Positions 12,649-23,936 are shown, numbered from the stretch's first letter. The stretch: DNA of 64,000 bases from Sulfolobales archaeon HS-7 (GCA_019704295.1 AP024596.1:800001-864000); one strand, 5' to 3'. Notes: generated by a model not told the origin, from the sequence alone. Translations and numbers: made by a program.

Positions 12649-13155
12649 ATGATATTTAGGAAAATGACCACTGCAGAGGTTAGGGATATTATAAAACAAA
12701 TCGAGAAGAGCTATTTATGTAATTTAGGGGATATGGTAGATAACAATGATTTCTACCTAAGTGATATGAAAACCGCCGTGATATATTTCTATAGTAAAAA
12801 ATTCTCAGAGAACGTTGATTTAATAATTGAAAAAAGTAGATCGATTAATTTACATCCTCTGTTCATTGGGGGGATTTTTGCATATAAGAGGGGACGTATA
12901 TGGGAGCCAGATCTAGATGTAGGGCAACTTTTAGTCAATAAGTGTGGTAACGTAATAAGGCTAAATGAACAACTAATATATAAGTTTCTATATGGAAAAG
13001 AATTACTTATCAAAGAAACTTTTAATTTTGCAAAGGGAATAGTAGTTGACTATAACATGAAGTTTATGGGATACGCATCACTTAGGAAAGTTAAGAATAT
13101 GACTAAACTTATTCCTGAGAATGATCTAGGCTATTATCTGCGTAGTGGACATTGA
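12649..13155 (+). CDS. Nip7-like PUA-domain partner of the NOP2-family methyltransferase
   Basis: FR..T..E start, KFLYGK and C-terminal DLGYYLR. Directly follows the NOP2 homologue. Confidence 0.7.
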   Translation: MIFRKMTTAEVRDIIKQIEKSYLCNLGDMVDNNDFYLSDMKTAVIYFYSKKFSENVDLIIEKSRSINLHPLFIGGIFAYKRGRIWEPDLDVGQLLVNKCGNVIRLNEQLIYKFLYGKELLIKETFNFAKGIVVDYNMKFMGYASLRKVKNMTKLIPENDLGYYLRSGH

Positions 13156-13635
13156 GATCAAACACAACTTGCCCTAAATAATACTTCCTTAAATTTTGCA
13201 TAACTCATGTTAATGGTCTCCTAAAACGTTGATAATGGAATTGTCGACTTTCCATTTCATTGAGAAAAAAATGGAATTTCTCAAAAACACAGAAAAGTAC
13301 CGTAGCAAATTTCCCTATAGTAAAACTACTTCTTTTGTATAACTATCTGAGAGTTTTTTATTTAAAAAATCTCTAGAAAATAATATTATATTTTTAGCTA
13401 CTCTTATAAAAATATTTAGTTGATTTCCTAAAGTATTAAGCAATATCAACTTCTAGTTAAATAACTAAAATAAAATTAATTTCTATAAAAATATGAGAAA
13501 TATTACTACGTAACTTCAGAATTCGTCTTATATGAAATAATCTTATACAATAAAGAAATGATAGTATCGGTTAGCTAACACTAAATATATAACTTCTACG
13601 GGCACATTAATATTATATTTAAGTAGTGATAAGTA

Positions 13636-14613
13636 ATGGGAGAGAAGAGCGAAACGCGAGAGAAGAAAATTAAAAGCGTATCCGATTTATCTGGCATAGG
13701 TCCTACTACCCTTTCTAAACTTATTGAACAGGGATATTCATCATTGGAATCGATTGCTATAGCTACTCCACAAGATCTCAGCGCTGCTGCGGGAATACCA
13801 ATTACTGTAGCTCAGAAGATAATTAAAGAGGCGCGAGAAGCACTAGATATAAGGTTCAAAACTGCTTTGGAATTAAAACAGGAACGTCAAAATATTAAGA
13901 AAATAACAGTAGGTAGCCAAAGTCTAGACGGTCTATTAGGAGGAGGAATAGAGACTCGAACAATGACCGAATTTTTTGGTGAATACGGTTCTGGTAAGAC
14001 GCAGATATGTCTACAATTAAGCGTAAATGTGCAACTTCCCAACGATAAGGGAGGATTGGAGGGAAAAGCGGTTTATATCGACACTGAAGGAACATTCAGA
14101 TGGGAAAGAATAGAGGCTATTGCTAGGGGTTCTGGTCTCGATACGGACACCGTTATGAATAATATAATGTACATTCGCGCTGTAAACAGCGATCATCAGA
14201 TAGCTATTGTGGACGAACTTCAGGATATGATTGTAAAAGACCCGTCAATTAAATTAGTTATAGTTGATTCTGCGACTTCGCATTTTAGGGCAGAATACGC
14301 AGGAAGGGAGAACCTTGCTGTTAGGCAACAGAAATTGAACAGACATCTTCATCAGCTTATAAGGCTTTCTGAAATATATGATTTAGCGGTAGTAATAACG
14401 AATCAGGTTATGGCAAGACCAGACATGTTTTATGGAGATCCCACGCAGGCTGTTGGGGGACATACACTATATCATGCGCCGGGAGTAAGGATCCAGTTAA
14501 AGAAAAGCAGAGGAAATAAAAGAATAGCTAGAGTAGTTGACGCGCCGCATTTACCAGAAGGAGAGGCAGTTTTCGTAATAACCGAAGAGGGAATAAGAGA
14601 CGTAGAAGAGTAG
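13636..14613 (+). CDS. radA: DNA recombinase RadA
   Basis: GEYGSGKTQ Walker [22 protein letters not shown]. Confidence 0.98.
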   Translation: MGEKSETREKKIKSVSDLSGIGPTTLSKLIEQGYSSLESIAIATPQDLSAAAGIPITVAQKIIKEAREALDIRFKTALELKQERQNIKKITVGSQSLDGLLGGGIETRTMTEFFGEYGSGKTQICLQLSVNVQLPNDKGGLEGKAVYIDTEGTFRWERIEAIARGSGLDTDTVMNNIMYIRAVNSDHQIAIVDELQDMIVKDPSIKLVIVDSATSHFRAEYAGRENLAVRQQKLNRHLHQLIRLSEIYDLAVVITNQVMARPDMFYGDPTQAVGGHTLYHAPGVRIQLKKSRGNKRIARVVDAPHLPEGEAVFVITEEGIRDVEE

Positions 14614-14656
14614 TCGTTATTTTAAATCACAGAGAATAAAAGTTAGGTTTGTGGGT

Positions 14657-15388
14657 TCAGAAAGGAGCTAACATTTTATGATTCCGTTTTTTGAGTTCAC
14701 TTAAACGGTTAATTATCTGCTGTTCATTCCTTAGTGTAGATACTATAACCGGTATCGATTCTATTTCGGATAAATATAAAGCAAGGTAATCAAGTTTTAG
14801 GGGCGAGTGAAGAGCTATAGCTTTTGGCTTTATAGGGGCAACTTTAGCCGCCACTAAAGGGGAGCGACCCGATGTAACTTTGGTGAAAATTAATATTCTG
14901 CCCACAGTATAGCCTAAAAATTGATAAAACTCATTACCGCTAAGCGTAGTAATTGATTTGATACTATCAGCTATAATATATCCAAAGAACTTTTCGTCGG
15001 GAACGAAAGAGTTTACTGGAATACCATCTAGCGCAATAATTAATTCGCTGAACGATATAGGTGGGTAAAAGTCTCCCATATCGATAATATAATTAAGGTT
15101 TACGCTAAACGTTTTCATTAATTCTTTAACTATCGGGAAGCCACGACTCTCGTCAATTCTTATCAAAGCATTTACATAGCGTCTAAGGAACTTCAATCCA
15201 GGAACTCTTCTTCCCCGTTCATAATCTACAATAACAGTCGGTGAAATACCCATAGCTTGCGCTAACTCTGTTTGACTTACGTCAAATATTTTTCTCCATT
15301 TGCGTAGGGCTTCATTAGCTTCCTCAGCATAACATATGTTACCCAAAATTCTTTCGCTAACTACTTGTATGAAGTATTCCTTACTCAT
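14657..15388 (-). CDS. XRE-family HTH transcriptional regulator (archaeal COG1709-like)
   Basis: LRKWRKIFDVSQTELA..YERGRR..PG and FTKVTSGRSPLVA. Confidence 0.85.
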   Translation of the reverse strand: MSKEYFIQVVSERILGNICYAEEANEALRKWRKIFDVSQTELAQAMGISPTVIVDYERGRRVPGLKFLRRYVNALIRIDESRGFPIVKELMKTFSVNLNYIIDMGDFYPPISFSELIIALDGIPVNSFVPDEKFFGYIIADSIKSITTLSGNEFYQFLGYTVGRILIFTKVTSGRSPLVAAKVAPIKPKAIALHSPLKLDYLALYLSEIESIPVIVSTLRNEQQIINRLSELKKRNHKMLAPF

Positions 15389-15425
15389 TAATTTTTTAGA
15401 GTGGATATACATAAATATAATTAGA

Positions 15426-15500
15426 GGGTCCGTAGTCTAGCCAGGCCAGGATGCGAGGTTCGGGTCCTCGTGGTCGCGGGTTCAAATCCCGCCGGACCCA
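15426..15500 (+). tRNA. tRNA-Pro(CGG)
   Basis: GGGTCCG/CGGACCC acceptor, CGAGG-TT CGG GT-CCTCG. Confidence 0.93.
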
Positions 15501-15755
15501 TTTGTTACAAATTCTTAAATTATATATTTTTTATGTAAAATAGCCTTTGCACTTCAGTGTAATTATTATTTGAAATTTCTTAATGGTTTCTCAGGCGTCC
15601 TCGCGGAAGATAAGCTCAACTCTCCTTAACCTTCATCCCTACTTTTTAGAATAGGGGGACGAACTCTAAATTTAGCTTATTTAGACCTTAACCTAATTAT
15701 TATCCTTGAGTAAAAATAGAGCGTTATCCTTTAACGCATAATAGACTTCTTTAGT

Positions 15756-15917
15756 GAGCTATTCAGGTTTCCATTGCGAGTTGTAATTATAGCAAATAGG
15801 GATTAAATAAAGGAAATTGTTAAGTGTGAATCTTTACCTAGTCCATACCATTATATTCAATTAAATTCATTCTATTTTTTTAATAAACTCAATTCGCAAT
15901 GAACACATGAGTGGCCC
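15756..15917. mobile_element. MITE family 1 copy (162 bp)
   Basis: Imperfect TIRs GAGCTATT..CCATTGCGAGTTG / CAATTCGCAATG..GGCCC. TTAGT flanks both sides (possible 5-bp TSD). Inverted homologue at 61760-61921. Confidence 0.75.
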
Positions 15918-15984
15918 TTAGTTCTCGTTGAGAACAATAATTGGTATTCACTGTTTTTAATACAATTATCACCACTAGATTTTT

Positions 15985-16075
15985 TGGGCCCGCTGGGATT
16001 CGAACCCAGGACCACCCGGTCTCCCGTTCTATTAGAATATGAGCCGGGCGCTCTACCGAGCTGAGCTACGGGCCC
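15985..16075 (-). tRNA. tRNA with CAT anticodon, probably tRNA-Ile2; 17-nt intron at 37/38 (16021-16037)
   Basis: GGGCCCG acceptor (Ile-type), CCCGG-CT CAT A[TTCTAATAGAACGGGAG]A-CCGGG. Confidence 0.88.
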
Positions 16076-16117
16076 TCCTCAATACATTACATGCATTACT
16101 TAATAAAAGTTTTTGAC

Positions 16118-17490
16118 CAGTCTTGTTTCGCCAAAAAATCTCACGCTTATAAGATATTATTAGGGTAACTTATACATAGAAATATAGGATTAAGTCAACT
16201 TAAGAGACATAACAATGTGATATGTTTAGTCGAAATCTGCTACATTTTACAAGTTAATGATAATAAACACAAGAAGTTCTGAATTTACCTCACGAGGTTA
16301 AAGCAAGGTACATAGTCGACCTTGTAGCCTGAAAACGCCTAGAGGAGGTTGACGAACTGGTCAAACGCTAGGGGCTTTTCTCCTAGTGGCTTAAAGTTAA
16401 ACGAGAGGAAGAGGTAAAAGTTCCACGCAGTGTCTAGGAGCGCGTAGATCAGGTAGAGGTGTTTGCATAACCTCCTGATGAGTTCTATCCTTGCTTTCCT
16501 CGTCTTGAACCCTTCCTCTACGCCTCGACCTGTAGGTCTTGGCTAACTCGTAGGGATCTTCCTTGATGTTGGTCACGAAAACGAAGTGCGTTAGTTTCCC
16601 CTTATGTTTCACGTAAATCACGTCGTAATAGTCCCTCGTACTCTAGCCTTCTATAAGCAACGTAAGTTCTATCCTTAACCGTGTGGTATTTCACGGTAAG
16701 GGGCTGGGTAAAGAGTTCCTTAACTCCTTTCAGGTAGCTCTTCCCTCTGATCACCGCTTTTGCGGGTAACTCCTTGAGGATCTCGAGGTTGAGGAATCCA
16801 ACGTCTGCTACAATGTAACTCAAGTTGACGTATTGCAAAGCCTTATTGAGAACTCTTGAAGAAACTCAGAGGGCTTTTGATCCCCTCGAGCTGCGAATGG
16901 GTAACCACGTTGCACCTCACGGGAGACAAGGGATCAGCAGATCTAACCTTTCCCGAGAAGAGTTCGTCCTCTACCCCCTTCTCTTCCTTTTCTCCCACCC
17001 TCAGGAAGGTCTCGTCGAATCCCAGCACAATCTTCTCAGAGAAGATCGAGCTCAGCTCCCAGAACTCTAAGGTTTTACCCAAGAGTTCCCCTAGCTTTTT
17101 CCCTTGTCTTACAAGGGATATGTAGTCCTTCCCTCTATTCCCCAAGAGGAGGGATTTAATCCTTCCGATAATGTCACGAAATTAGAGAAAATCTTCTTGA
17201 ACACTTCCTTTGCTATTAGCGAGGGATCTGTCCTTCACTAGTTTGGTTCTCCTTATACCAAGGCTTGGGAAGTCCCTCGCTTAAAATTTAACGTCCTCAT
17301 TTCTACCCACTTTATAACATACAAGGTATTACCACGCGTGTAAAAACTAGGTTACACACCTTTTACTGAGATAAAAATTGTTCCTTTCTCCACTTTAGCC
17401 GAAATTTAGCGAATTTCTACTCTCTTAAGCGGAATTTTCCCCTGTTTTAGAAATTGTCTCATTTTTAGTAAAATTTATTAAACACGACCG
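16118..17490 (-). mobile_element. ISH3-family IS (copy B), transposase pseudogene
   Basis: Intact CAGTCTTGTTTCGCCAA end at 16118 and degenerate other end. Fragmented ORFs contain GFDET, VADVGF and YRSR; colinear with 43829-45219. Confidence 0.9.
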
Positions 17491-17591
17491 ACTCGATGTG
17501 AACTTGCAATGTCCCAATGCGGAATTAACATTGTGCTTGAAGTTGAAGCAAAATATTTATTACTAAATGCCCCTTGTAAGTATAAATCTCT

Positions 17592-17999
17592 TTAACTATA
17601 CCAAAGGTCCAAACCTAAAAATAGCAATCCTAATCCTGACATCAGTCCTGTGAAGCTAAGTACGATCGATGATATAATTGTTACTATAGCCATAACAAAT
17701 ACTATTAGCGTATACATATAGCGTAGTCCCATGAAAGAGTATTTCTCTCCGAAGAACAACTCTAAAATTTTCTCACTACCAGTAGCTGCAAAGAAAATTC
17801 TTTCTACTCCCATAATCATCCCTGCAAAGAATATTATTGTAAGATATGATTGAATTGAATAAAATGAGAAAAACTGTGACATAGGAGGAAGATAGTACCT
17901 AATGAAAAGATATCCTCCACTTATCATTAATATACCCGATATTATGCTTACAACTCTTCTCGCCGTATTAGTCTTGAAGAGTTTTTTTATTACTTCCAT
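17592..17999 (-). CDS. Hypothetical membrane protein (~4 TM segments)
   Basis: Four hydrophobic stretches; overlaps the end of tatD. Confidence 0.7.
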   Translation of the reverse strand: MEVIKKLFKTNTARRVVSIISGILMISGGYLFIRYYLPPMSQFFSFYSIQSYLTIIFFAGMIMGVERIFFAATGSEKILELFFGEKYSFMGLRYMYTLIVFVMAIVTIISSIVLSFTGLMSGLGLLFLGLDLWYS

Positions 18000-18786
18000 T
18001 TGAGAGTATACCCTCAATATACGTTATAACTCTTCTCCTTTCTTGAAAAGCGGACTCGAGATAATTCCCTACAAAATGTTTGAAGTTGTTAGTTATCACT
18101 TCTGACATTCTTAGGCCGAATTCATTAGACATAAAATCTATAGTATATTTTACGTCACAAGGTTCCCCTTTTCTTCCTTTTTCAAAGGAGAGATAGGGCG
18201 AATCCGTTTCAGTGAGAATTCTATCAATAGGTATATTTTTCATTATATATTGTCTATTTTTATCTCTTAATATAACAGGAGGAAAAGATATATATCCCCC
18301 AATCTCAACGACCTTTAGAGCATCTTTTAGACTTCCTTCATATGCATGTATTGCAAATTTCACGTTATATGAGCGTATAACATTTATGAAGTCACTCATA
18401 CCTCCCCTAATATGTAGTATTACTGGTCTACTACCCTTATCCGCAATCTCTAATATTTTTTCTAAGATCTCTATCTGTTTTTTTCTTAATTCTCTATCCT
18501 TTATCCAAAAATAGTCTAGACCAACCTCACTTATGGGTAATTCAAACAGCGGAATTAATTCTAAGGATTTCTGAACTGTTATTACATTAGATATATTTTC
18601 AGGGTGTATACCTAAAGCAGGTATTAAATTTTCGTTGTTAATATAGTGATATAAAACTCGTAAGTCCGTCTCATAATCAACTCCAGCATTTATTGCAAGG
18701 ATTCTGCATTTATTTATTTTACTGACTTCATCATTGGTAAATAAGTGAGTATGAACGTCTATATATATATCGTCTAAGTGTACCAT
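17968..18786 (-). CDS. tatD: TatD-family hydrolase
   Basis: IDVHTH, GIHP, SEVGLDY, LHIR, LTETDSPY. Confidence 0.92.
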   Translation of the reverse strand: MVHLDDIYIDVHTHLFTNDEVSKINKCRILAINAGVDYETDLRVLYHYINNENLIPALGIHPENISNVITVQKSLELIPLFELPISEVGLDYFWIKDRELRKKQIEILEKILEIADKGSRPVILHIRGGMSDFINVIRSYNVKFAIHAYEGSLKDALKVVEIGGYISFPPVILRDKNRQYIMKNIPIDRILTETDSPYLSFEKGRKGEPCDVKYTIDFMSNEFGLRMSEVITNNFKHFVGNYLESAFQERRRVITYIEGILSNGSNKKTLQD

Positions 18787-19247
18787 TTAGATAAGATTGT
18801 AGTCCTTACGCATTATTAATTTTTAGCAAATTACGTCGCTCGTCGAATTTTACGGTAAGTGGTCATTATGTGAACGAGCTTTTTACCCTATAATCCCCCT
18901 TCGCCAAAGGTCTAGTGGGTCTGGGTCTATAAACGCTAACGATAATTTTTTAGTTACTCACCTAAAACCCACACTTGAAATCATTATGCAATCCTAGCAT
19001 ATAAGGTAAAGGCTCACCGATTTACCATTAATTTGACTAAGACATATTCACATTAATTCTTCCATTAGTGGCTATTATTAAGGAAACTCGTAACAAAACC
19101 TTATGCCGTCAGAAATAGAAACATACAGAACGCAATTTCCGTTTGTAGGCGGATTCTAGGAAACCGTTTAATAGCAATGAAATGAGGTAGCGGAGTTAGT
19201 TTTATGTTCTTCAAATAGTTATATACTCAAAGTTAACTAGTGAGGTA

Positions 19248-19952
19248 GTGATACAAGTGAGCAAAGAATACGTTATTGCTAAGTATGAGAGTCATGGAGA
19301 GCGATTTGAGATTTTAGTTAAGCCTAAAGAAGCCCTAGAACTACGTAAAGGAAAATCAATTTCAATCTCTGACATAGTTGTATCAGACAACATCTATAAA
19401 GACGTTAAAAAAGGTTTAAAAGCTTCGCCATCCTCTCTAAAGAAGGTCTTTGGTACTCTAGACTACGAGACTATAGTGAAAGAAATAATTATGAAAGGAG
19501 AAATACCATTAACTTCCGAGCAGAGAAAGGAAATATTAGAGTCTAAAAGAAAACAGATATTGAACTTTATTGCAAAAAATACTATAGATCCTAAAACTAA
19601 TATGCCAATACCTCTATCGAGAATCGAAAACGCAATGGAACAAGTCAAGGTATCAATTGATCCTAATAAAGATGTGGAGCAACAATCTCTTCAAATAATT
19701 AAGGAATTAGTTAAAATTATTCCAATCAAAATGGCTAGAGCATTGGTAGAAATTACGATACCTGCAAAATATAGTTCTCGAGTAAAAAATCAGGTTCAGT
19801 CGTTAGGTGATATAAAGAAAAGTAGATGGCTTTCTGATGGAACATGGATAGTGGAAATGGAGATTCCTGCTGGTGCTCAATCCGAGATTATAAATAGAAT
19901 AAACTCCCTAACAAAAGGTGAAGGAGAAGTAAAAATATTACAGGTGAGCTAG
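19248..19952 (+). CDS. Ribosome maturation factor SBDS/Sdo1
   Basis: GERFEILV, IDPKTN.P.P.RIENAM; first gene of the exosome operon. Confidence 0.95.
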   Translation: MIQVSKEYVIAKYESHGERFEILVKPKEALELRKGKSISISDIVVSDNIYKDVKKGLKASPSSLKKVFGTLDYETIVKEIIMKGEIPLTSEQRKEILESKRKQILNFIAKNTIDPKTNMPIPLSRIENAMEQVKVSIDPNKDVEQQSLQIIKELVKIIPIKMARALVEITIPAKYSSRVKNQVQSLGDIKKSRWLSDGTWIVEMEIPAGAQSEIINRINSLTKGEGEVKILQVS

Positions 19953-20669
19953 ATGGCAGGAAAAATAATAGTAAAGGATAGAGAAATAGTTATACCTGGG
20001 GATGTAGTAGCCGAAGGGGATATCAATCTCCCATGGTCTCCATATTTAGTGAAATTTGAGGGTAAATATATTGTAACAACAATTGCACTGGCAGAAGTAC
20101 AGGAAAATCATATTACATTAATTCCCCTAGAGGGAAGTAAATATATACCTCGTATAGGGGATGAAGTTATTGGATTGGTTACCGATGTGTCTCAATTAGG
20201 TTGGGAATTAGATATAAACTCGCCATATTTGGGGTACCTTCCTGCTTCATCTTTATTAGGGAGACCGGTAAATCCTGGCGAGGAGTTAAGAAGATATTTA
20301 GATATTGGCGACTACGTCTTGGGGAAAATAGAGGCCTTTGACAGAACCACTGACCCTTTGTTAACTGTTAAAGGTAAAAATCTGGGGAGAATTCCTAGCG
20401 GAATAGTTCTTGATATATCTCCAAACAAGGTTCCACGAGTGATAGGCAGGAATAAAAGTATGTTAAATACCTTAGTTAGTGAAACCGGCTGCGATATTAT
20501 AGTCTCTGAGAATGGAAGAATATGGGCTAAATGTCCCTCAAAACAACTTGAAGATCTACTAATATTGGCTTTGAAAAAAATAGAAACAGAAGCACATATA
20601 AAAGGGTTAACTGATAAAATAACCCAGTTACTCAAGCAGAGGGTAGGGGAAATCAATGCAAAAACCTAA
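19953..20669 (+). CDS. rrp4: Exosome RNA-binding subunit Rrp4
   Basis: [12 protein letters not shown]1 domain and KVPRVIG KH domain. Confidence 0.95.
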   Translation: MAGKIIVKDREIVIPGDVVAEGDINLPWSPYLVKFEGKYIVTTIALAEVQENHITLIPLEGSKYIPRIGDEVIGLVTDVSQLGWELDINSPYLGYLPASSLLGRPVNPGEELRRYLDIGDYVLGKIEAFDRTTDPLLTVKGKNLGRIPSGIVLDISPNKVPRVIGRNKSMLNTLVSETGCDIIVSENGRIWAKCPSKQLEDLLILALKKIETEAHIKGLTDKITQLLKQRVGEINAKT

Positions 20670-21378
20670 ATTAATACTTGATGATGGAAAGCGTACGGAT
20701 GGGAGAGCACCGGAGGAACTTAGGAAAACCATCTTTGAAGTAGGTATATTAAAAAACGCTGACGGCTCGGCGTTAGTTCAGGCCGGTAATACTAAGGTAA
20801 TTGCTGCGGCCTATGGTCCTAAGGAAATGCATCCTAAACATTTAGCACTTCCAGATAGGGCAGTATTAAAAGTAAGGTATCATATGGCACCCTTTTCTAC
20901 TGATGATAGGAAGAGTCCAGCACCGTCAAGAAGGGAAATTGAAATTTCAAAAGTCATAAGGGAGACATTAGAGGGAAGTGTTCTACTTGAACTTTTTCCC
21001 CGAGCAGAGATAGATGTTTTTGCAGAGGTTATTCAGGCTGATGCAGGGACGCGGTTAGCGTCGTTAATGGCATGTTCTCTTGCTCTAGTAGATGCGGGTA
21101 TTCCTGTGAAAGATATGATAGCAGCGGTAGCCGTAGGTAAAGCAGATGGATTATTAGTATTGGATTTAAACGAAGCTGAAGATATGTGGGGAGAGGCGGA
21201 CATGCCTGTAGCAGTCATGCCATCTTTAAATCAAATCGTGTTATTACAGCTTAATGGGAGCATGACCAGGGAAGAGTATAGGAAAGGGCTTGAATTGGCT
21301 ATCAAGGGTATACAACAATTATATGCGATGGAAAAGGAAGTTATAAGAAACAAATATATAGAATATAAGGAGGAGTAA
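20656..21378 (+). CDS. rrp41: Exosome exonuclease Rrp41
   Basis: [25 protein letters not shown]. Confidence 0.97.
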   Translation: MQKPKLILDDGKRTDGRAPEELRKTIFEVGILKNADGSALVQAGNTKVIAAAYGPKEMHPKHLALPDRAVLKVRYHMAPFSTDDRKSPAPSRREIEISKVIRETLEGSVLLELFPRAEIDVFAEVIQADAGTRLASLMACSLALVDAGIPVKDMIAAVAVGKADGLLVLDLNEAEDMWGEADMPVAVMPSLNQIVLLQLNGSMTREEYRKGLELAIKGIQQLYAMEKEVIRNKYIEYKEE

Positions 21379-21379
21379 A

Positions 21380-22234
21380 ATGTCAATTACACCGTCACCA
21401 CAATCACCTGTTCCGATTATTAAGAAGGAGTCAATGTTAAGTATGATCGAGCGTGGTATCAGAGAGGATGGAAGAAAAACTACAGACTATAGGCCTATAA
21501 ATATAGAACTTGGATATGCTGCTAAGGCGGATGGTTCTGCTTTAGTGAAGATAGGGGATACAACAGTATTAGCAGGAGTTAAGGTAGAAGATGGTTTACC
21601 CATGGAGGATTCGCCAGAACAAGGCAATCTTTTTGTAAATTTAGAACTACCTCCGATAGCATCAGAATCATTTGAGTTGGGACCGCCAGATGAAAATGCT
21701 ATAGAGTTAGCTAGGGTAGTAGACAGAAGCTTAAGAGATTCAAAAATGATTGATCTTTCTAAATTATCTATCATACCAGGTAAAAAAGTATGGAATATAT
21801 GGGTAGATATTTATGTATTAGATCACGGAGGAAACATTCTAGACGCAAGTACTTTGGCTGCCGTAGCAGCTCTCTACACTACTAAAATACCTAAATATGA
21901 AATAAATGGCGAAGAAATAATAATAGACAAGTCACAAACTTTATTTGCAATGCCAGTTAATTATCCGGTTGTAACGGTAACAGTGGGGAAAATAGGAAAA
22001 TATTTCATAGTCGATCCAAACATAGAAGAAGAACAAATATTAGATGCGAAAGTATCCTTCTCTTACACGCCAGAACAGAGAATTGTTGGCATACAAAAGA
22101 CAGGTAGTGGAAGCTTATCCTTTGAGGAAATCACTGAGGCTGAGAATATTGCGTCGAGCTGTTCAGTACAACTTTTAGAAGAACTTAAAAAGAACGTTCT
22201 GAATACCGTAAGTACTGGTGTTAATAATGGCTAA
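21380..22234 (+). CDS. rrp42: Exosome subunit Rrp42
   Basis: REDGR, GPPDENAIELARVVDR, LDHGGN. Confidence 0.97.
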   Translation: MSITPSPQSPVPIIKKESMLSMIERGIREDGRKTTDYRPINIELGYAAKADGSALVKIGDTTVLAGVKVEDGLPMEDSPEQGNLFVNLELPPIASESFELGPPDENAIELARVVDRSLRDSKMIDLSKLSIIPGKKVWNIWVDIYVLDHGGNILDASTLAAVAALYTTKIPKYEINGEEIIIDKSQTLFAMPVNYPVVTVTVGKIGKYFIVDPNIEEEQILDAKVSFSYTPEQRIVGIQKTGSGSLSFEEITEAENIASSCSVQLLEELKKNVLNTVSTGVNNG

Positions 22235-22439
22235 GGGAAGTGGAGTATCCAAAAGGTTTGGCGCTCGTTACGGATTTACATTAAGGAAAAAATGGGAAAA
22301 GGTAATGATAAGGAGATATGATGAGCATGAGTGTCCATATTGTAAAAGTAAAGGAAAAATAATAAGGATAAGCAGTGGAATCTGGACTTGTAAGAAGTGT
22401 AACAATGTATGGGCCGGTCCCGCATATACGCCAACCTAA
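22227..22439 (+). CDS. rpl37ae: 50S ribosomal protein L37ae (eL43)
   Basis: RFGARYG..LRK, CPYC, GIWTCKKC, AGPAY. Confidence 0.95.
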   Translation: MAKGSGVSKRFGARYGFTLRKKWEKVMIRRYDEHECPYCKSKGKIIRISSGIWTCKKCNNVWAGPAYTPT

Positions 22440-22992
22440 TGTTATATTAACAACCAGCAGAAAGTCTTCTCCACGCGTAAGGCATTTACTAAATTATTTA
22501 GAGGAGATTTTACCCCTTACTTTGAAGTTCAATAGAGGAAAGAGCTCTTTTCAGTACATATTACATACAACAAAAGCTCTAGGTGCCAACTACTTATTTT
22601 ATGTAACTTCGAAAAATGGTAATCCCGATTACATTTATTTTATAGATATTAAAGACTACTCTGTAGTTAAGATTCCAATACTCGGTGTAAGTCTACCTGT
22701 TGATAAACAAGTTGTTAAACGCAGGTTAAAAGCCCCATGTATAGAGAGAAGTGACGATATTCAGATAACCCGAATATTAATTGAGATGGGTGCTTCAATA
22801 GGAATTTGTAAACCTACGATAGACATCAGGACAGTCGATGGAAGTCTAATCATATCTTTCTCATACAGAGAAGACAACTTTCTATGGATTAAAATAAATT
22901 CATATACATTTGAAAAAGTCAACGAGTTTATAAATTATGATAAGTGGATAAGGAAGGGAGAGATAGCAGGAAATGATGAATCTCATATATGA
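22405..22992 (+). CDS. Brix/Imp4-domain rRNA maturation protein
   Basis: ILTTSRKSSPR, NRGK, GNP motifs; conserved position after rpl37ae. Start codon uncertain. Confidence 0.8.
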   Translation: MYGPVPHIRQPNVILTTSRKSSPRVRHLLNYLEEILPLTLKFNRGKSSFQYILHTTKALGANYLFYVTSKNGNPDYIYFIDIKDYSVVKIPILGVSLPVDKQVVKRRLKAPCIERSDDIQITRILIEMGASIGICKPTIDIRTVDGSLIISFSYREDNFLWIKINSYTFEKVNEFINYDKWIRKGEIAGNDESHI

Positions 22993-23177
22993 AGCCTTAA
23001 ATCTTATAAATTTCTCTAGAAATTATTAAACTTAGTAGAATTAAGGGGGGCAGAAGACCTGTAGGAATGGATACCCCTTCTAGTAAGGTTTTTATAGTGG
23101 AAGAAACTATAACGTGTCTTAGGTCTCAGCTGTAAGAGCTTTTACGTTTGAAACTGTTAATACGACAAATAGGATAA
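22972..23177 (+). pseudogene. Possible decayed KEOPS Pcc1 gene
   Basis: Frame reads ..KVFIVEETITCLRSQL*ELLRLKLLIRQIG*, resembling the Pcc1 C-terminal helix, and it sits at the syntenic position. Confidence 0.3.
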
Positions 23178-23214
23178 AGCGTTACTCGTTAATTAGAACT
23201 TAAAGAAAAGTATA

Positions 23215-23808
23215 TTAATTTTTTAATGCTATGAAAACTGTATATCCTTGCTTTCGGATTTTTTTGTTTACTGAATAATTATATTTTTTTAAAGTATCCT
23301 CTACAACATTTTCACCTTTTTTTACAACAATTTCTAATAGTGCATTCGTTTTAAGCCTATTTTTAGCATCATTTACCATTTTAATGATAAATTCTGAACC
23401 TTTAGCTAATGGCGGATTGCTTATTATCGCATCGAATTCATTTTCGTTAAAGCTGTCAAGTAAATTAGTCTTAACCACTAAAGTTCTGTCCCCTACCTTA
23501 TTTAGAGTGCAATTATACTTTGCTAATTTAATGGCTACCGGATTTACATCGCTCATTACAACTTTTATAGCTGGATTCTTCAGTGCTATATATATACCTA
23601 TAACCCCTATACCGCAACCCAAGTCTAACACCTTTCCTTCCTGCGGTATAACTAAGTTCTCAAGTAAAATTTTAGTTCCTTTATCTATCCTGTTTTTTGA
23701 AAATACGTTATCCGAACTAACTAATGTTAACGGAATACCATCGATTACTTCAGTTACTACATATTTTTTGCCTGTTAACTTCGAGTTCTCGTCATAGTAA
23801 TGGGTCAT
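23215..23808 (-). CDS. Class I SAM-dependent methyltransferase (RsmC/MTS-like)
   Basis: VFS..IDKGT, VLDLGCGIG, SNPP. Confidence 0.9.
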   Translation of the reverse strand: MTHYYDENSKLTGKKYVVTEVIDGIPLTLVSSDNVFSKNRIDKGTKILLENLVIPQEGKVLDLGCGIGVIGIYIALKNPAIKVVMSDVNPVAIKLAKYNCTLNKVGDRTLVVKTNLLDSFNENEFDAIISNPPLAKGSEFIIKMVNDAKNRLKTNALLEIVVKKGENVVEDTLKKYNYSVNKKIRKQGYTVFIALKN

Positions 23809-23936
23809 CTTTCACACGATCTGGCTGATGTCATTAGGAAGTAATGATAAATCTAATAGTGCGTTTACTTTCTAATTTCTGAATCGTAATGGTAATTTCA
23901 CCTTGGCAAGTTTATGGAGGATTCCCATAGTAAAGG

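Noticed and set aside
23810-23936. Box C/D sRNA between cbf5 and the methyltransferase (ATGATAA..CTGA)
   Set aside because: Internal D'/C' boxes are missing and the spacing is wrong.
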